From a virus (taxonomy: Duplodnaviria > Caudoviricetes), in IMG/VR virus record IMGVR_UViG_3300002894_000009, positions 1 through 56,036 of that record: a DNA stretch of 56,036 bases; one strand, given 5' to 3'. The position numbers were made by a program, and so were the translations under genes. A model generated the notes under the pieces. The model searched no databases. It was not told the DNA's origin and saw only the letters and a program-made list of their open reading frames with translations. Position 1 is the first letter of the stretch; the number at the start of each line of letters is the position of its first letter. Below are positions 9,377 to 17,564 of the stretch, in pieces.

Positions 9377-9769
9377 TCAGGCGGCCCTCCCGAGACGTGC
9401 GTCGATGGACTCGGCCCGGCGGCGCTCGCGCAGGAGCCCGCGGCAGTGGCGCGCGGCCTCGAACTCGTCGAAGTCCTTCAGGTGGTCGAGGTAATCCTCG
9501 GCCACTTCGGCGGCCCACGGCGGGACCAGTTCGAGCTCCGGCGGTCGGCCGATCCGCGCCGGTTCGGTCGGCTCGACCGGGGCGACGTCGAGCTTGGCGT
9601 CCGCTTTCTTCGCGCGGCGCATCGCCCGGCTATCGTGGCCATACTTCGCCGCGATCTGGCTGACGCGGGACCGAACGCAGCCGAAATCGGCCGCGATGTC
9701 GGCGTGGCGGGCCCCGGTTTGGAGGGCCTTCAGGATCGCGATTTCGTCGAGACCGATGACGGCTGGCAC
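9377..9769 (-). CDS. Small HTH protein
   Basis: HADIAADFGCVRSRVSQIA helix-turn-helix. Confidence 0.6.
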   Translation of the reverse strand: MPAVIGLDEIAILKALQTGARHADIAADFGCVRSRVSQIAAKYGHDSRAMRRAKKADAKLDVAPVEPTEPARIGRPPELELVPPWAAEVAEDYLDHLKDFDEFEAARHCRGLLRERRRAESIDARLGRAA

Positions 9770-9772
9770 GGA

Positions 9773-10882
9773 TCAGCCCTCCGCCTCGACCGAGTCGAAC
9801 CCGGCCTTCCACTTGGCGAAGCGGCCCTCATCCTCGCGGATGGCGGTGATGACGCACCGCTTCTGCCCCGCCTTCGCGGCCTCGACGCCCTTCTTGAAGT
9901 CGGGGTCGTTCGGATCGACAGCCGGCTCCTCATCGGCGCCCTGCACTTCCTGCTCGGGTGCGGCGCTCGCCTTGATGCGATCGCGCGCCGCCTCGGCCGC
10001 GTTCTCGATCCGGGTGCGCTGAGCGCGCGAGAGCCGGTCCGCCTCGGCGTAAGGGGTCACCGCCGCCTCACAGTCGGCGATATCCTCCTCGGTGCGCGCG
10101 AGCTGCACGTCGTTCTCGAACTGAGCGACGACAGCCTCGACGTCGTCCTCGGCCTTCGGCGCGGCCTCCTCCTGCGTCGGTGCGGGCTGCTCGGTCGCCG
10201 GTGCCGGCTTCGAGGCGGTCAGGCGCGGCGGTCCGCTCGGGCGCGGCCCGGCGGGCTGGGTGCTGCTTTCGAACTGACGCGGCGGGGTGACGTCGCGGGG
10301 CGCGCTCTGGGTCGCGTCCTCGATCTCCTCGGCGGACTGGATGCCGAGCATCACCTCCGGCGCGTAGAGGCGGATCAGCATCGCCGCTGACCGCCACCGG
10401 AGCATGTGCTCGGGCATGGTCATGTACTTGGCGTTCTTGGTCCAACCGTCGGCCTTCGCCATCGCCATCGAGACGGCAACGGAGACGACCTCGCCGCTGT
10501 CCGCGAGCGCGGCGGAGGCGGTGACGGCGAGGTCGGCGCCCTGCCCTGCCGACTTCCACGTGATCCGGCTGGAGAACACACCCGACTTGTTGGCCCGGGC
10601 GATCATGTACTGCGTCTGCCAGCACGGCTTACCGGACACGACGGCGAGGTTCTGCATCACCGTGAGCGGGTCTTCGCCCATCCGGTCGGCGATGTTCAGC
10701 GCGATCAGGCAGTTCGGAAGCTTGCCCTGGAAGTGGGGCGGCACCAGCGCCGACTCCGAGAACACGCGGGCGACGCGCTGAGCGTGCTCGAACTTGTCGG
10801 GGCTCGCGAAGATGCCGACCGGGGCCAGGATCTGCGGCGGGCGGTGGTCGGCGACGGCGGGAAGCTGGGTGCGTGCGTTCAC
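9773..10882 (-). CDS. RecT-like single-strand annealing protein
   Basis: LVPPHFQGK-x2-CLIAL...PLTVMQNL...GKP...AKADGW...PEHMLRWRS...YAPEVMLG core; acidic/Pro-rich tail. Confidence 0.75.
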   Translation of the reverse strand: MNARTQLPAVADHRPPQILAPVGIFASPDKFEHAQRVARVFSESALVPPHFQGKLPNCLIALNIADRMGEDPLTVMQNLAVVSGKPCWQTQYMIARANKSGVFSSRITWKSAGQGADLAVTASAALADSGEVVSVAVSMAMAKADGWTKNAKYMTMPEHMLRWRSAAMLIRLYAPEVMLGIQSAEEIEDATQSAPRDVTPPRQFESSTQPAGPRPSGPPRLTASKPAPATEQPAPTQEEAAPKAEDDVEAVVAQFENDVQLARTEEDIADCEAAVTPYAEADRLSRAQRTRIENAAEAARDRIKASAAPEQEVQGADEEPAVDPNDPDFKKGVEAAKAGQKRCVITAIREDEGRFAKWKAGFDSVEAEG

Positions 10883-10893
10883 GGGTTCTCTCC

Positions 10894-11820
10894 TCAGGCG
10901 GCCTTGTCGGTGGCGACGATGCGGGTGCCGGGCAGCGCCGCGCCGGAGGCGGCGACGCGGTTGGCGAGGCGCTGGACGAGGTCGCGGATCTCGGGGTTGT
11001 CCTTCAGCGCCATCAGGGCGGCGTCGAAGTCCTCGATGAGCGCGGTGCGGACGCTGCGAAGGCTCGTCTTGCGACCGGCGGTGCCGGCGGCGGCGTTGGC
11101 GGCGGGCCGGATCGCCTCACCCGCCTGGGCTGCGGCAGCGCGCTCCTCGGCCTCGCGGCGGCGCTTCTCGACGAGGAAGGGCGTCTGTGCGTCCTTCAGC
11201 CGGGCTTTGAGGGTGGCGGCGGCGTCCTGCACCGGGCGCCAGCGGGCATCGACGTCCTTCGCCGCCTTCTCATGCGGCAGCTTCTCGGTGCGCCGGCCCT
11301 CCTGGGCGCGCTTCTCCATCTCGGCGAAGCGCAGCGCCCAATTCGCGGCGCGGTCGGCGCCGGCCTGATCCGTGATCGGCGTGGCGAGCCACGCTTCGGC
11401 CTCGATCCGCTCGCCTTCGAGCTCGATCCGCAGGGCCTCCAGCGGGTCGCTCGGCATGTTGGCGTAATCGGTGACGCGCTCGGGGGGCAGGTCAGGCCAC
11501 GCGGCGCCCTCTTCGACGACAGCGAAGTAGACCTCCTCCGTGATCGGGGCGCGCCAGCAGAAGGTGATGACGCGCTCGCAGAACTCCTGCTCGCCCTCGG
11601 CGAGGGAGACGGGATCAGCGCGGCCGACCTTCGCCCAGCGGACGCCGTCGGCCTCCTGCCAGACCGCGACCGGCTCCAGCGTCCCATCGCGGCGACGCAG
11701 GCGGAAGAAGCCGCACGGGGCGTGCCCGAGGTCGAGGCGGTCAATTTGCCCGGCGAGGTTCGCGCGGTACCACGCGAAGGGGTCGGCCTCGGCGGCGCCG
11801 GCCTTGTCGATCATCTCCAT
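10894..11820 (-). CDS. Phage protein with coiled-coil C-terminus, next to the recombinase
   Basis: PCGFFRLR...PVAVW N-terminus; helical C-terminus ending LPGTRIV; GGAG SD. Confidence 0.7.
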   Translation of the reverse strand: MEMIDKAGAAEADPFAWYRANLAGQIDRLDLGHAPCGFFRLRRRDGTLEPVAVWQEADGVRWAKVGRADPVSLAEGEQEFCERVITFCWRAPITEEVYFAVVEEGAAWPDLPPERVTDYANMPSDPLEALRIELEGERIEAEAWLATPITDQAGADRAANWALRFAEMEKRAQEGRRTEKLPHEKAAKDVDARWRPVQDAAATLKARLKDAQTPFLVEKRRREAEERAAAAQAGEAIRPAANAAAGTAGRKTSLRSVRTALIEDFDAALMALKDNPEIRDLVQRLANRVAASGAALPGTRIVATDKAA

Positions 11821-11825
11821 GGGGG

Positions 11826-12173
11826 TCACTCCGCGGCAGGCCTGCGCGCGGACTGGGCCAGCGCGACGAGATGGTTGGGGTCGAGGGGATCGGACGCCGC
11901 CCGGATCGTGTCGGCGGTCAGCGGCCGAAGGACCGGGAGCGGGCCGGACTCGTGGTCGGGGGTGCCGGTGGCGATGTTCACCGCGGCGGCGAAGGCCAGG
12001 GCGATGGCGCGTTCATTCGAGGGACCGTCGCCGGGCAAGCCAGCGAAGCGCGGGCGCCCGTCAGCCTCCGCGAGGCCGCGGCCGTGCATCCCGCAGACCC
12101 GGATCGGGAGCCGGACGCCGAGCGCGAGGAAGGCGTCGGCAAGTTGCTGCTGGTCTGGGGTGCGGTCAGCCAC
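11826..12173 (-). CDS. Hypothetical protein
   Basis: GTG start after GGAGG, coupled to upstream gene. Confidence 0.6.
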   Translation of the reverse strand: MADRTPDQQQLADAFLALGVRLPIRVCGMHGRGLAEADGRPRFAGLPGDGPSNERAIALAFAAAVNIATGTPDHESGPLPVLRPLTADTIRAASDPLDPNHLVALAQSARRPAAE

Positions 12174-12366
12174 GGACGGCCTCCGGGGTGAAGGTGCGCT
12201 CGGTGCCGTCGCCGGACGCGGCGAGCAGTTCGCGGGCGAGGAGGCGGGCGCCCTCGCGGGCCATGTCGAACTCGGCGGCGCGCTCGCCGTCGGGGCCGAT
12301 CGCGACGAGGCGCGGGCCATCGGCGGTGCGCTCGACGGTGAGGGTGTACGGGGCGCGGTCAGCCAC
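12166..12366 (-). CDS. Hypothetical protein
   Basis: 66 aa, GGAG SD, coupled. Confidence 0.6.
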   Translation of the reverse strand: MADRAPYTLTVERTADGPRLVAIGPDGERAAEFDMAREGARLLARELLAASGDGTERTFTPEAVRG

Positions 12367-12493
12367 GGTCGCGGCCCTCCCCGTCGTCGGCCGCCTGCTG
12401 GGCGCAAGCGTCGTCGTAGGCGCGGAAAGCCGCGTAGGCGGTGAGGCCAGCGATCCCAGCGAGCGTCAGGATCCAGGGGAGGTTGGCGAGCAT
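12359..12493 (-). CDS. Small membrane protein (44 aa)
   Basis: Read manually: MLANPPWILTLAGIAGLTAYAAFRAY...; overlaps next start. Confidence 0.5.
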   Translation of the reverse strand: MLANLPWILTLAGIAGLTAYAAFRAYDDACAQQAADDGEGRDRG

Positions 12494-12550
12494 GGGAGGC
12501 GCCGCGAACGGAGGGCGGGCGCCGGGCCGGAGACCGACCCGGCGGACGGG

Positions 12551-12973
12551 TCAGGCGGCCTTCTGCTCCGGCTCGGAGCCGGGGCCGGTGTAGGGTTCGA
12601 GCTTCCAGCTCTCCTTCCAGAAGGCGACGAGGCACCCGTCAGCCTCGCACCCAACTCGAACGTCCAACCGAAGGCCAAAGGCTTGGCTATGGACGCTGTC
12701 CTTCGAGTCGTGCGTCACGAAATTGCGGATCGGGGTTTCCAGCACCTCGAGCACGACCTGCGGCTCGCCTTCACCGACGTAGTCGCTATCCGCGCGAGGC
12801 GTCACGAGGTCGCCGACCTTGAAGGGGCACGGAGCCGTGTAGCGATCCGTGAGCTCCCGCAGGGTCGTGCACAGCACGTCCGGAGGGCTCTTGCGTGCTT
12901 CCTGATCCGCCCGGCTTTGCTGCGCTGCGGCCCTCAAGAATTCCGACAGTTCGATCATAGTGGTGCCTTTCAT
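12551..12973 (-). CDS. Hypothetical protein (possible SH3-like fold)
   Basis: PFKVGDLV...VVLEV pattern; start could be 12958. Confidence 0.6.
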   Translation of the reverse strand: MKGTTMIELSEFLRAAAQQSRADQEARKSPPDVLCTTLRELTDRYTAPCPFKVGDLVTPRADSDYVGEGEPQVVLEVLETPIRNFVTHDSKDSVHSQAFGLRLDVRVGCEADGCLVAFWKESWKLEPYTGPGSEPEQKAA

Positions 12974-13001
12974 CGTGAGGGACTCGCCCTCGGGTTCGCG
13001 G

Positions 13002-13277
13002 CTAGGCCGCATCTCGGTGTTCGGTGGAGGGATCAGCGTCGGTCGCCGCGGCGATGCGGTCAGCGGACGCGATGCTGTCGCAGAGGCCGGCGAGGCTCAC
13101 GGCGCGGGCGCGGAGCAGTTCGACCTTCCAGGCGTGGTCGCCGACGCGAACGTCGGGCGCGATGCCGTCGCGGATGCTGATGGTTTCGGCGAGGGCCTGC
13201 TCGACCTGATCCAGGGCGCGGTTCAGCGCGTCGCTGATTTCGCCGGTGGAGTCGCAGAGGACGAGGGCGGCGGCCAT
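13002..13277 (-). CDS. Hypothetical protein
   Basis: 91 aa, TGATG coupling. Confidence 0.55.
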   Translation of the reverse strand: MAAALVLCDSTGEISDALNRALDQVEQALAETISIRDGIAPDVRVGDHAWKVELLRARAVSLAGLCDSIASADRIAAATDADPSTEHRDAA

Positions 13278-13420
13278 CACAGCCGCCCCGTGATCACGGT
13301 GCGGACCAGCCGGCCCGCGTCGTAGATGAAGAAGGCGATGGCGAGCCCGGCGACCGGGGCACCGATGCCAGCGACCGCGAGAGCCTGGAGCGGCGGGAGA
13401 GCTTCGAGGAGCGCGACCAT
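13277..13420 (-). CDS. Small membrane protein (47 aa)
   Basis: Read manually: MVALLEALPPLQALAVAGIGAPVAGLAIAFFIY...; coupled on both sides. Confidence 0.5.
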   Translation of the reverse strand: MVALLEALPPLQALAVAGIGAPVAGLAIAFFIYDAGRLVRTVITGRL

Positions 13421-13629
13421 CACGCAGCCTCGGCGAGATGCTGGGCCTCGAAGTCGTCCTGCGCGGCGCGCTCCTCCTGGGCCGCAACGCGGTCGCGCTC
13501 GATCAAGTCGAGGATGTGGTTCTGCGCGTCGCCGCGGCTCTCGATGCCCTCAAGCTCGATGCCTGAGGCAGAGAGGACGGCGAAGGCGCCGTCGAGGCGG
13601 TCGATCCAGTAATCGGCGGGGTGAGGCAC
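13420..13629 (-). CDS. First gene of leftward early operon, hypothetical
   Basis: GGAG SD, GTG start, directly downstream of PL. Confidence 0.6.
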   Translation of the reverse strand: MPHPADYWIDRLDGAFAVLSASGIELEGIESRGDAQNHILDLIERDRVAAQEERAAQDDFEAQHLAEAA

Positions 13630-13667
13630 CTTGCGGCTCCATCGGCTCGGTGAGCGGCGATGAAGAG

Positions 13668-13709
13668 ACGCTATTACCGTGGTTGTTGGTTGTCAACTAC
13701 CTGAGTAAT
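13668..13709 (-). promoter_or_regulatory. PL promoter with OL operators
   Basis: TTGACA (13696-13691)-N17-TAGCGT; operator-like ATTACCGTGGTTGT (13673-13686) and ACTACCTGAGTAAT (13696-13709). Confidence 0.75.
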
Positions 13710-13727
13710 GGGAATGGTTGTCGCTGG

Positions 13728-13736
13728 TTATCCACA
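13728..13736 (+). promoter_or_regulatory. Consensus DnaA box
   Basis: TTATCCACA, followed by a partial CTCCACA. Confidence 0.5.
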
Positions 13737-13757
13737 GCGCTCCACAGGGCGTGCCCG

Positions 13758-13787
13758 TTGACGAGAGACGGAACGAAACAAGAACAT
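13758..13787 (+). promoter_or_regulatory. Promoter with alphaproteobacterial LexA (SOS) box
   Basis: TTGACG at 13758; GAAC-GAAACAA-GAAC (GAAC-N7-GAAC) at 13771-13785. Confidence 0.8.
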
Positions 13788-13819
13788 AGGCCTCGCAGAC
13801 TCACTGCGAGGAACCGCTC

Positions 13820-14080
13820 ATGGCACAGGCGAACACCGGCCGGCAGACCTATTACGTCGTTCAGTCATTCTCGAAGCAGGGGCGGACGCTTCGCATGGAT
13901 GCGCCAGTGCAAGCATTAAGCGAAGCATCCGCGCGCCGGATGGCCGAACGGTTGGCGCCACGCAAGCAATCGGTGGTGGCCTTCGCGCGTAGCGGCGATC
14001 CGGCAACTGGCGAGTTTGAGGACCCAGTGGTGCTGGTGAGCTACGGGGACAACGGTCCGGATGAGGACCTGCCGTTCTAG
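13820..14080 (+). CDS. Small protein under predicted LexA control, convergent with cI
   Basis: 86 aa, GAGGA SD; stop overlaps cI stop. Confidence 0.75.
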   Translation: MAQANTGRQTYYVVQSFSKQGRTLRMDAPVQALSEASARRMAERLAPRKQSVVAFARSGDPATGEFEDPVVLVSYGDNGPDEDLPF

Positions 14081-14760
14081 GTCCGGAAGTTCTTTGAGAC
14101 GATCCGATGTCGGGTAGGCCAGCGACCACGGTCGAGGGCGAACGTGCGATCAGGGTTGTACTGCCTCACGCGCCATTCCGTGTCGGTCGATCCGAGAAAT
14201 CGCTTGACCGACGCGAAGGGTCCGTCTTCGCTACTGCTGATAAATAGACAAGAGGCGCCCGGCAGTGCAGGAAGGCGAGGATTGATCATCAAGGTATCCC
14301 CCGGTTCAAATTCCGGGACCATGGATTCACCTACTAGGTAGACCGCGTATCCGTCCTTTACACCTTGCAGGAGCGGCGGCCTTTTCACGCTGCCTATCGG
14401 CTCGCGCTCAATAATGAGTGCCCCCTCCCCACCTTCAGCGGATGCGTAGAGCGGAACTTCACCGATCAGCCCGGCAGCCGCAGCCCAATACGCGGGATCG
14501 CGTGCGTAAGCCGGAACCGCTTGGCTCTGAGCCTGAGCTTGCGCTTGCCTCGGACGGCCGTCGGCAAAGGCCGACTCGGGGAACTGCGTCGCGTCAAGAT
14601 TTAAAGCGTCGATCAGCGCCTGCAGGTGCTCGCTGCTCTGGACCGTGCCGCCCTCGATCTTGGCTATAAGAGCCTGCGACACGCCGATGCGCCGGCCGAG
14701 CACCTTCTGGCTCTCGCCGGACCTTAGCCGCCCCTCTCGGATCAGATCATGCCACGTCAT
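14077..14760 (-). CDS. cI: CI-like repressor (XRE HTH plus S24 peptidase)
   Basis: N-terminal HTH (SQKVLGRRIGVSQALIAKIEGG); GESMVP catalytic Ser and VKR catalytic Lys; start at MTWHD, possibly leaderless. Confidence 0.92.
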   Translation of the reverse strand: MTWHDLIREGRLRSGESQKVLGRRIGVSQALIAKIEGGTVQSSEHLQALIDALNLDATQFPESAFADGRPRQAQAQAQSQAVPAYARDPAYWAAAAGLIGEVPLYASAEGGEGALIIEREPIGSVKRPPLLQGVKDGYAVYLVGESMVPEFEPGDTLMINPRLPALPGASCLFISSSEDGPFASVKRFLGSTDTEWRVRQYNPDRTFALDRGRWPTRHRIVSKNFRT

Positions 14761-14773
14761 CGCAGAAGACCCT

Positions 14774-14841
14774 ACAACCGAGGTTGTTAGTAGGCTTCGG
14801 TAATTTGGTTGTTGACAACCAACAACCAAAGCATTCATACC
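14774..14841. promoter_or_regulatory. OR operators and PR/PRM promoters
   Basis: Palindrome ACAACC-GA-GGTTGT (14774-14787); TTGACA at 14812; further ACAACC/GGTTGT half-sites. Confidence 0.8.
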
Positions 14842-14851
14842 TGCTGGCACC

Positions 14852-15088
14852 ATGAGTGTCAGATCTCTCATCGAAGCCGCGATCCGCGACCGTGGGTCTG
14901 AGGCTAAGCTCGCCAGCGCATGCGGCGTGACTCAGGCTGCAATCTGGAAGGCCAAGAAGGTCGGGCGCTGCTCGCCCCGCTTGGCTCTTAAGATCGAAGC
15001 TGCCTGCGGGATCAGCAGACGACTGCTGTGCCCGGACATCTTCGGCTCGGCTGTGCAGCCTGAGCCGGAGCCTCGGAGGGTCGCCTGA
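14852..15088 (+). CDS. cro: Cro-like repressor (YdaS family)
   Basis: GSEAKLASACGVTQAAIWK...LCPDIF; divergent from cI. Confidence 0.88.
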   Translation: MSVRSLIEAAIRDRGSEAKLASACGVTQAAIWKAKKVGRCSPRLALKIEAACGISRRLLCPDIFGSAVQPEPEPRRVA

Positions 15089-15351
15089 TGCGCACCCTCA
15101 ATCCCCTCTTCTGGCTCTCGCGGTGGCTAGACCGGCGCCGCGCTGCTGCGGACGCGGCAGAGCGTGCCCGCAGCGAGAGGATGGCTCGCGCCTACTGGTC
15201 TGCGGAGGCTGACCGCATCAGTGGGTTGACGCGTCGGCATCCAGCAGAACCCGCATCATGTGACGGACAAGATCAATCTCGTCCAACACGCCCGGCGTCA
15301 TGCGAGCCGCAGGCCCTCCATCAATCATCGCTTGGAGGCGACGCTCGATGA
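15088..15351 (+). CDS. Hypothetical protein
   Basis: TGATG-coupled to cro, GGAGG SD. Confidence 0.55.
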   Translation: MRTLNPLFWLSRWLDRRRAAADAAERARSERMARAYWSAEADRISGLTRRHPAEPASCDGQDQSRPTRPASCEPQALHQSSLGGDAR

Positions 15352-15481
15352 CTTGCCGGTTGATCACCTTTTTCTTCACGAGTTCGGCGAGCAACATGCA
15401 TAGGACGCCTCGGTGCGCCATGCAGATATCTTCGGTCGGGGTCGTGATCGGGGCATCCGAACGGAAGGTCGGATCGCTCAT
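15218..15481 (-). CDS. Antisense-oriented hypothetical protein (87 aa)
   Basis: AAGGAG SD before ATG 15481; amphipathic helical sequence. Confidence 0.55.
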   Translation of the reverse strand: MSDPTFRSDAPITTPTEDICMAHRGVLCMLLAELVKKKVINRQVIERRLQAMIDGGPAARMTPGVLDEIDLVRHMMRVLLDADASTH

Positions 15482-15586
15482 TCCCAGCTCCTTGGTTCGC
15501 TTCGCACCGGCCAAGGTAGCGGCGTGGGCGGGTTGCGCCAGCGATGGCTGCGACCCGCTCATGACTGCCTCGCGGAGCGCCGCGTG

Positions 15587-15754
15587 ATGGCCGCGCTCCT
15601 CCTAGACATCGGCGCGCTCGACTGCGCGGTGCTCGCGGCTGGTGTCGCCCAGCGCGCCCACGCGGTGCGGGTCCAGGGCCGGTTCACGGCGCTGATCTCC
15701 TGCGCCCTGCTCGCCATCGGCGCCGGCCTGCTCGTCCTGGCGAGGGCCGCCTGA
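15587..15754 (+). CDS. Small membrane protein
   Basis: GGAG SD, hydrophobic segments. Confidence 0.5.
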   Translation: MAALLLDIGALDCAVLAAGVAQRAHAVRVQGRFTALISCALLAIGAGLLVLARAA

Positions 15755-15755
15755 G

Positions 15756-15905
15756 ATGACCGGCCTCGTCGCCCTCACCCTCGCCGTCTGCGCTGTCGCC
15801 GGCTTCGCTCGCGCTGCGCTGCGCGGGTCGCCCTCGGCGCTCGCTGTCGGCGTGGTCGATGCGGCGGCAGGCGCCGTGTGCTGGCTCGCGTGGTGGCTGC
15901 CATGA
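15756..15905 (+). CDS. Small membrane protein (49 aa)
   Basis: Read manually: MTGLVALTLAVCAVAG...CWLAWWLP. Confidence 0.5.
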   Translation: MTGLVALTLAVCAVAGFARAALRGSPSALAVGVVDAAAGAVCWLAWWLP

Positions 15906-16272
15906 GCGCCGCCCTTCCCTTTCCCAGATCGCGCGGACTCACCCGCGTGATCGCCCGGCCGACCTTTCCCCTCAAGGTCACTGTTTTGGACGACAGCGCC
16001 GGGCGTCCCCATTCGTGCCGTTCCCGCGGCACGCTCGTGGTCCGCCGCTGCCCCGCGGCCGACACACCCTTCGTGGGTGTTTCTCCCAAGGACTTGGCCG
16101 CTCCCGTCCCCACGGGAGCGGTCCTTTCCTCGGGACGTCTTTTCTACCAGCACAGCCGCCTTCGCCGCCAAGCACAGAGCGGCTGTGCACTTGCGTATGC
16201 GTTCCTGTTCTTCCTGCCGAAGCACTTCGATCAACCCTCCACGAGAATTGTCTCGCACGGAGGGCTGACCGA

Positions 16273-16800
16273 ATGCGGTCAAAATTGGAGGGCGGTCGCG
16301 TGACGATGACGGCCGAACAAGCCGCGGAATGGATCAGGCCCGATCTCGCTCGGGTGGTCGCCGCGAAGGAAGAGCGCCTCGGCTCGCGGATGCGCGCCTA
16401 CGAGGCTCTCGGCTCGAAGCTCGGGCGGTCCCCGACCTGGATCCGGAAGGTGCTCGGTCGCGCCCCGGACGTGACGGTCGGGCTGCACGACGCGCTGAAC
16501 ATCCGCGCCGCCTACGAGCGCCTCTGCGCTCGGGTCGAGAACGCGGCCGACGCCCTGGAGGCGGGCAACGAAGAACTTCGGAGGGAACTCGATGCGGCTC
16601 TCGGTGGCGATCGGACGGTGGCTGCGCGCCAGGGCGGAGCGGCTTCGGCTCGGCCTGCGGAAGCGCCTGCGGTCAGTCAGCGAGTCGCGCCCGCATCGGC
16701 ACCTGTCGCGCCGCCTGCTGCAGCGCCTCGCCTCCGCAAGAAGGCCTCGGGTGAACTGACCGAGCTGCCCCTGTTCGGGGCGATGGAGCCGCGGCCGTAG
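16273..16800 (+). CDS. CII-like or other HTH regulator
   Basis: AYEALGSKLGRSPTWIRKVLG HTH followed by coiled coil; GGAGG SD; position after cro. Confidence 0.6.
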   Translation: MRSKLEGGRVTMTAEQAAEWIRPDLARVVAAKEERLGSRMRAYEALGSKLGRSPTWIRKVLGRAPDVTVGLHDALNIRAAYERLCARVENAADALEAGNEELRRELDAALGGDRTVAARQGGAASARPAEAPAVSQRVAPASAPVAPPAAAPRLRKKASGELTELPLFGAMEPRP

Positions 16801-16822
16801 CCGCTGAGCGAGAGGAGCCACC

Positions 16823-17170
16823 ATGTCGAGCGACGAGACCAAGCTGGAAGAGACCCTGCAGGCGAAGGGTCTCAACGCCCCGCGCCTCACGCCCGAGCTG
16901 ATCGATGCCTGCATCATCGGCGAGGCCTACCACGTCTTCCCGGGCACGACGCTGACCGTCTGCGCGCTCACCCTGCGCAACGGCTTCAATGTCACCGGCG
17001 AGAGCGCCGCGGCCAGCCCGGCGAACTTCGATCCGGAGATCGGTCGGCAGATCGCGCGGAAGAACGCCCGCGAGAAGATCTGGGCCTTCGAGGGATACCT
17101 GCTCCGCGAGCGGCTTGCCGACGAGGCGACCGCCGCGCGCGGTCAGACCGACGCCGTCCAGGTCGCCTGA
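16823..17170 (+). CDS. Gp49-family protein (N4 gp49/Sf6 gp66); candidate Acb4-type nucleotide sponge
   Basis: APRLTP...[19 protein letters not shown]-x-ASPANFD-x-EIG...A...IW-x2-EGYLL family signature. Confidence 0.85.
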   Translation: MSSDETKLEETLQAKGLNAPRLTPELIDACIIGEAYHVFPGTTLTVCALTLRNGFNVTGESAAASPANFDPEIGRQIARKNAREKIWAFEGYLLRERLADEATAARGQTDAVQVA

Positions 17171-17172
17171 TC

Positions 17173-17493
17173 ATGAGCGCCCTCGCCGACCTGTCCGATG
17201 CCGGCCTCGCCGACCTGATCGACACCGTGCGCGACGAGATCGTGCGCCGGAACGAGCTGCTGCGGAGCAATGCGTCGCCGTCGGCGAGGAGCCTCGTGCA
17301 GTGCCGGCGGTATGCGCTGCTCGCGCTCGGGCAGGCGGAAGAGCGGCTTCGGGCCGGCGCGGCGACCGATCTGCCGGCGGTGGCCCTCCCCGCGATCGAA
17401 GAGCCCCTCGTGCCGCGGCGGTCGCTCTTCAACGGCAGCGACGTGCGCCCGCTCGACGACGGCCGCCTGCCGGGCGGTCGCTACCACCCCTGA
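17173..17493 (+). CDS. Hypothetical protein
   Basis: 106 aa, follows Gp49-family gene. Confidence 0.55.
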   Translation: MSALADLSDAGLADLIDTVRDEIVRRNELLRSNASPSARSLVQCRRYALLALGQAEERLRAGAATDLPAVALPAIEEPLVPRRSLFNGSDVRPLDDGRLPGGRYHP

Positions 17494-17564
17494 AACGCGA
17501 ACCGCCCGGCCTGCTGGGGAGCGGGTGCCGGGCGGCTGCAATGTCCGAGATCAAGGTGAGACAA

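Noticed and set aside
13630-14852. CtrA boxes (TTAA-N7-TTAA) in the switch region
   Set aside because: Only isolated TTAA half-sites seen by eye; a PSSM scan would be needed
15902-16303. 133-aa CDS over the hairpin cluster
   Set aside because: Atypical composition and dense RNA structure; not called as a gene, although coupling signals at both ends mean it cannot be excluded
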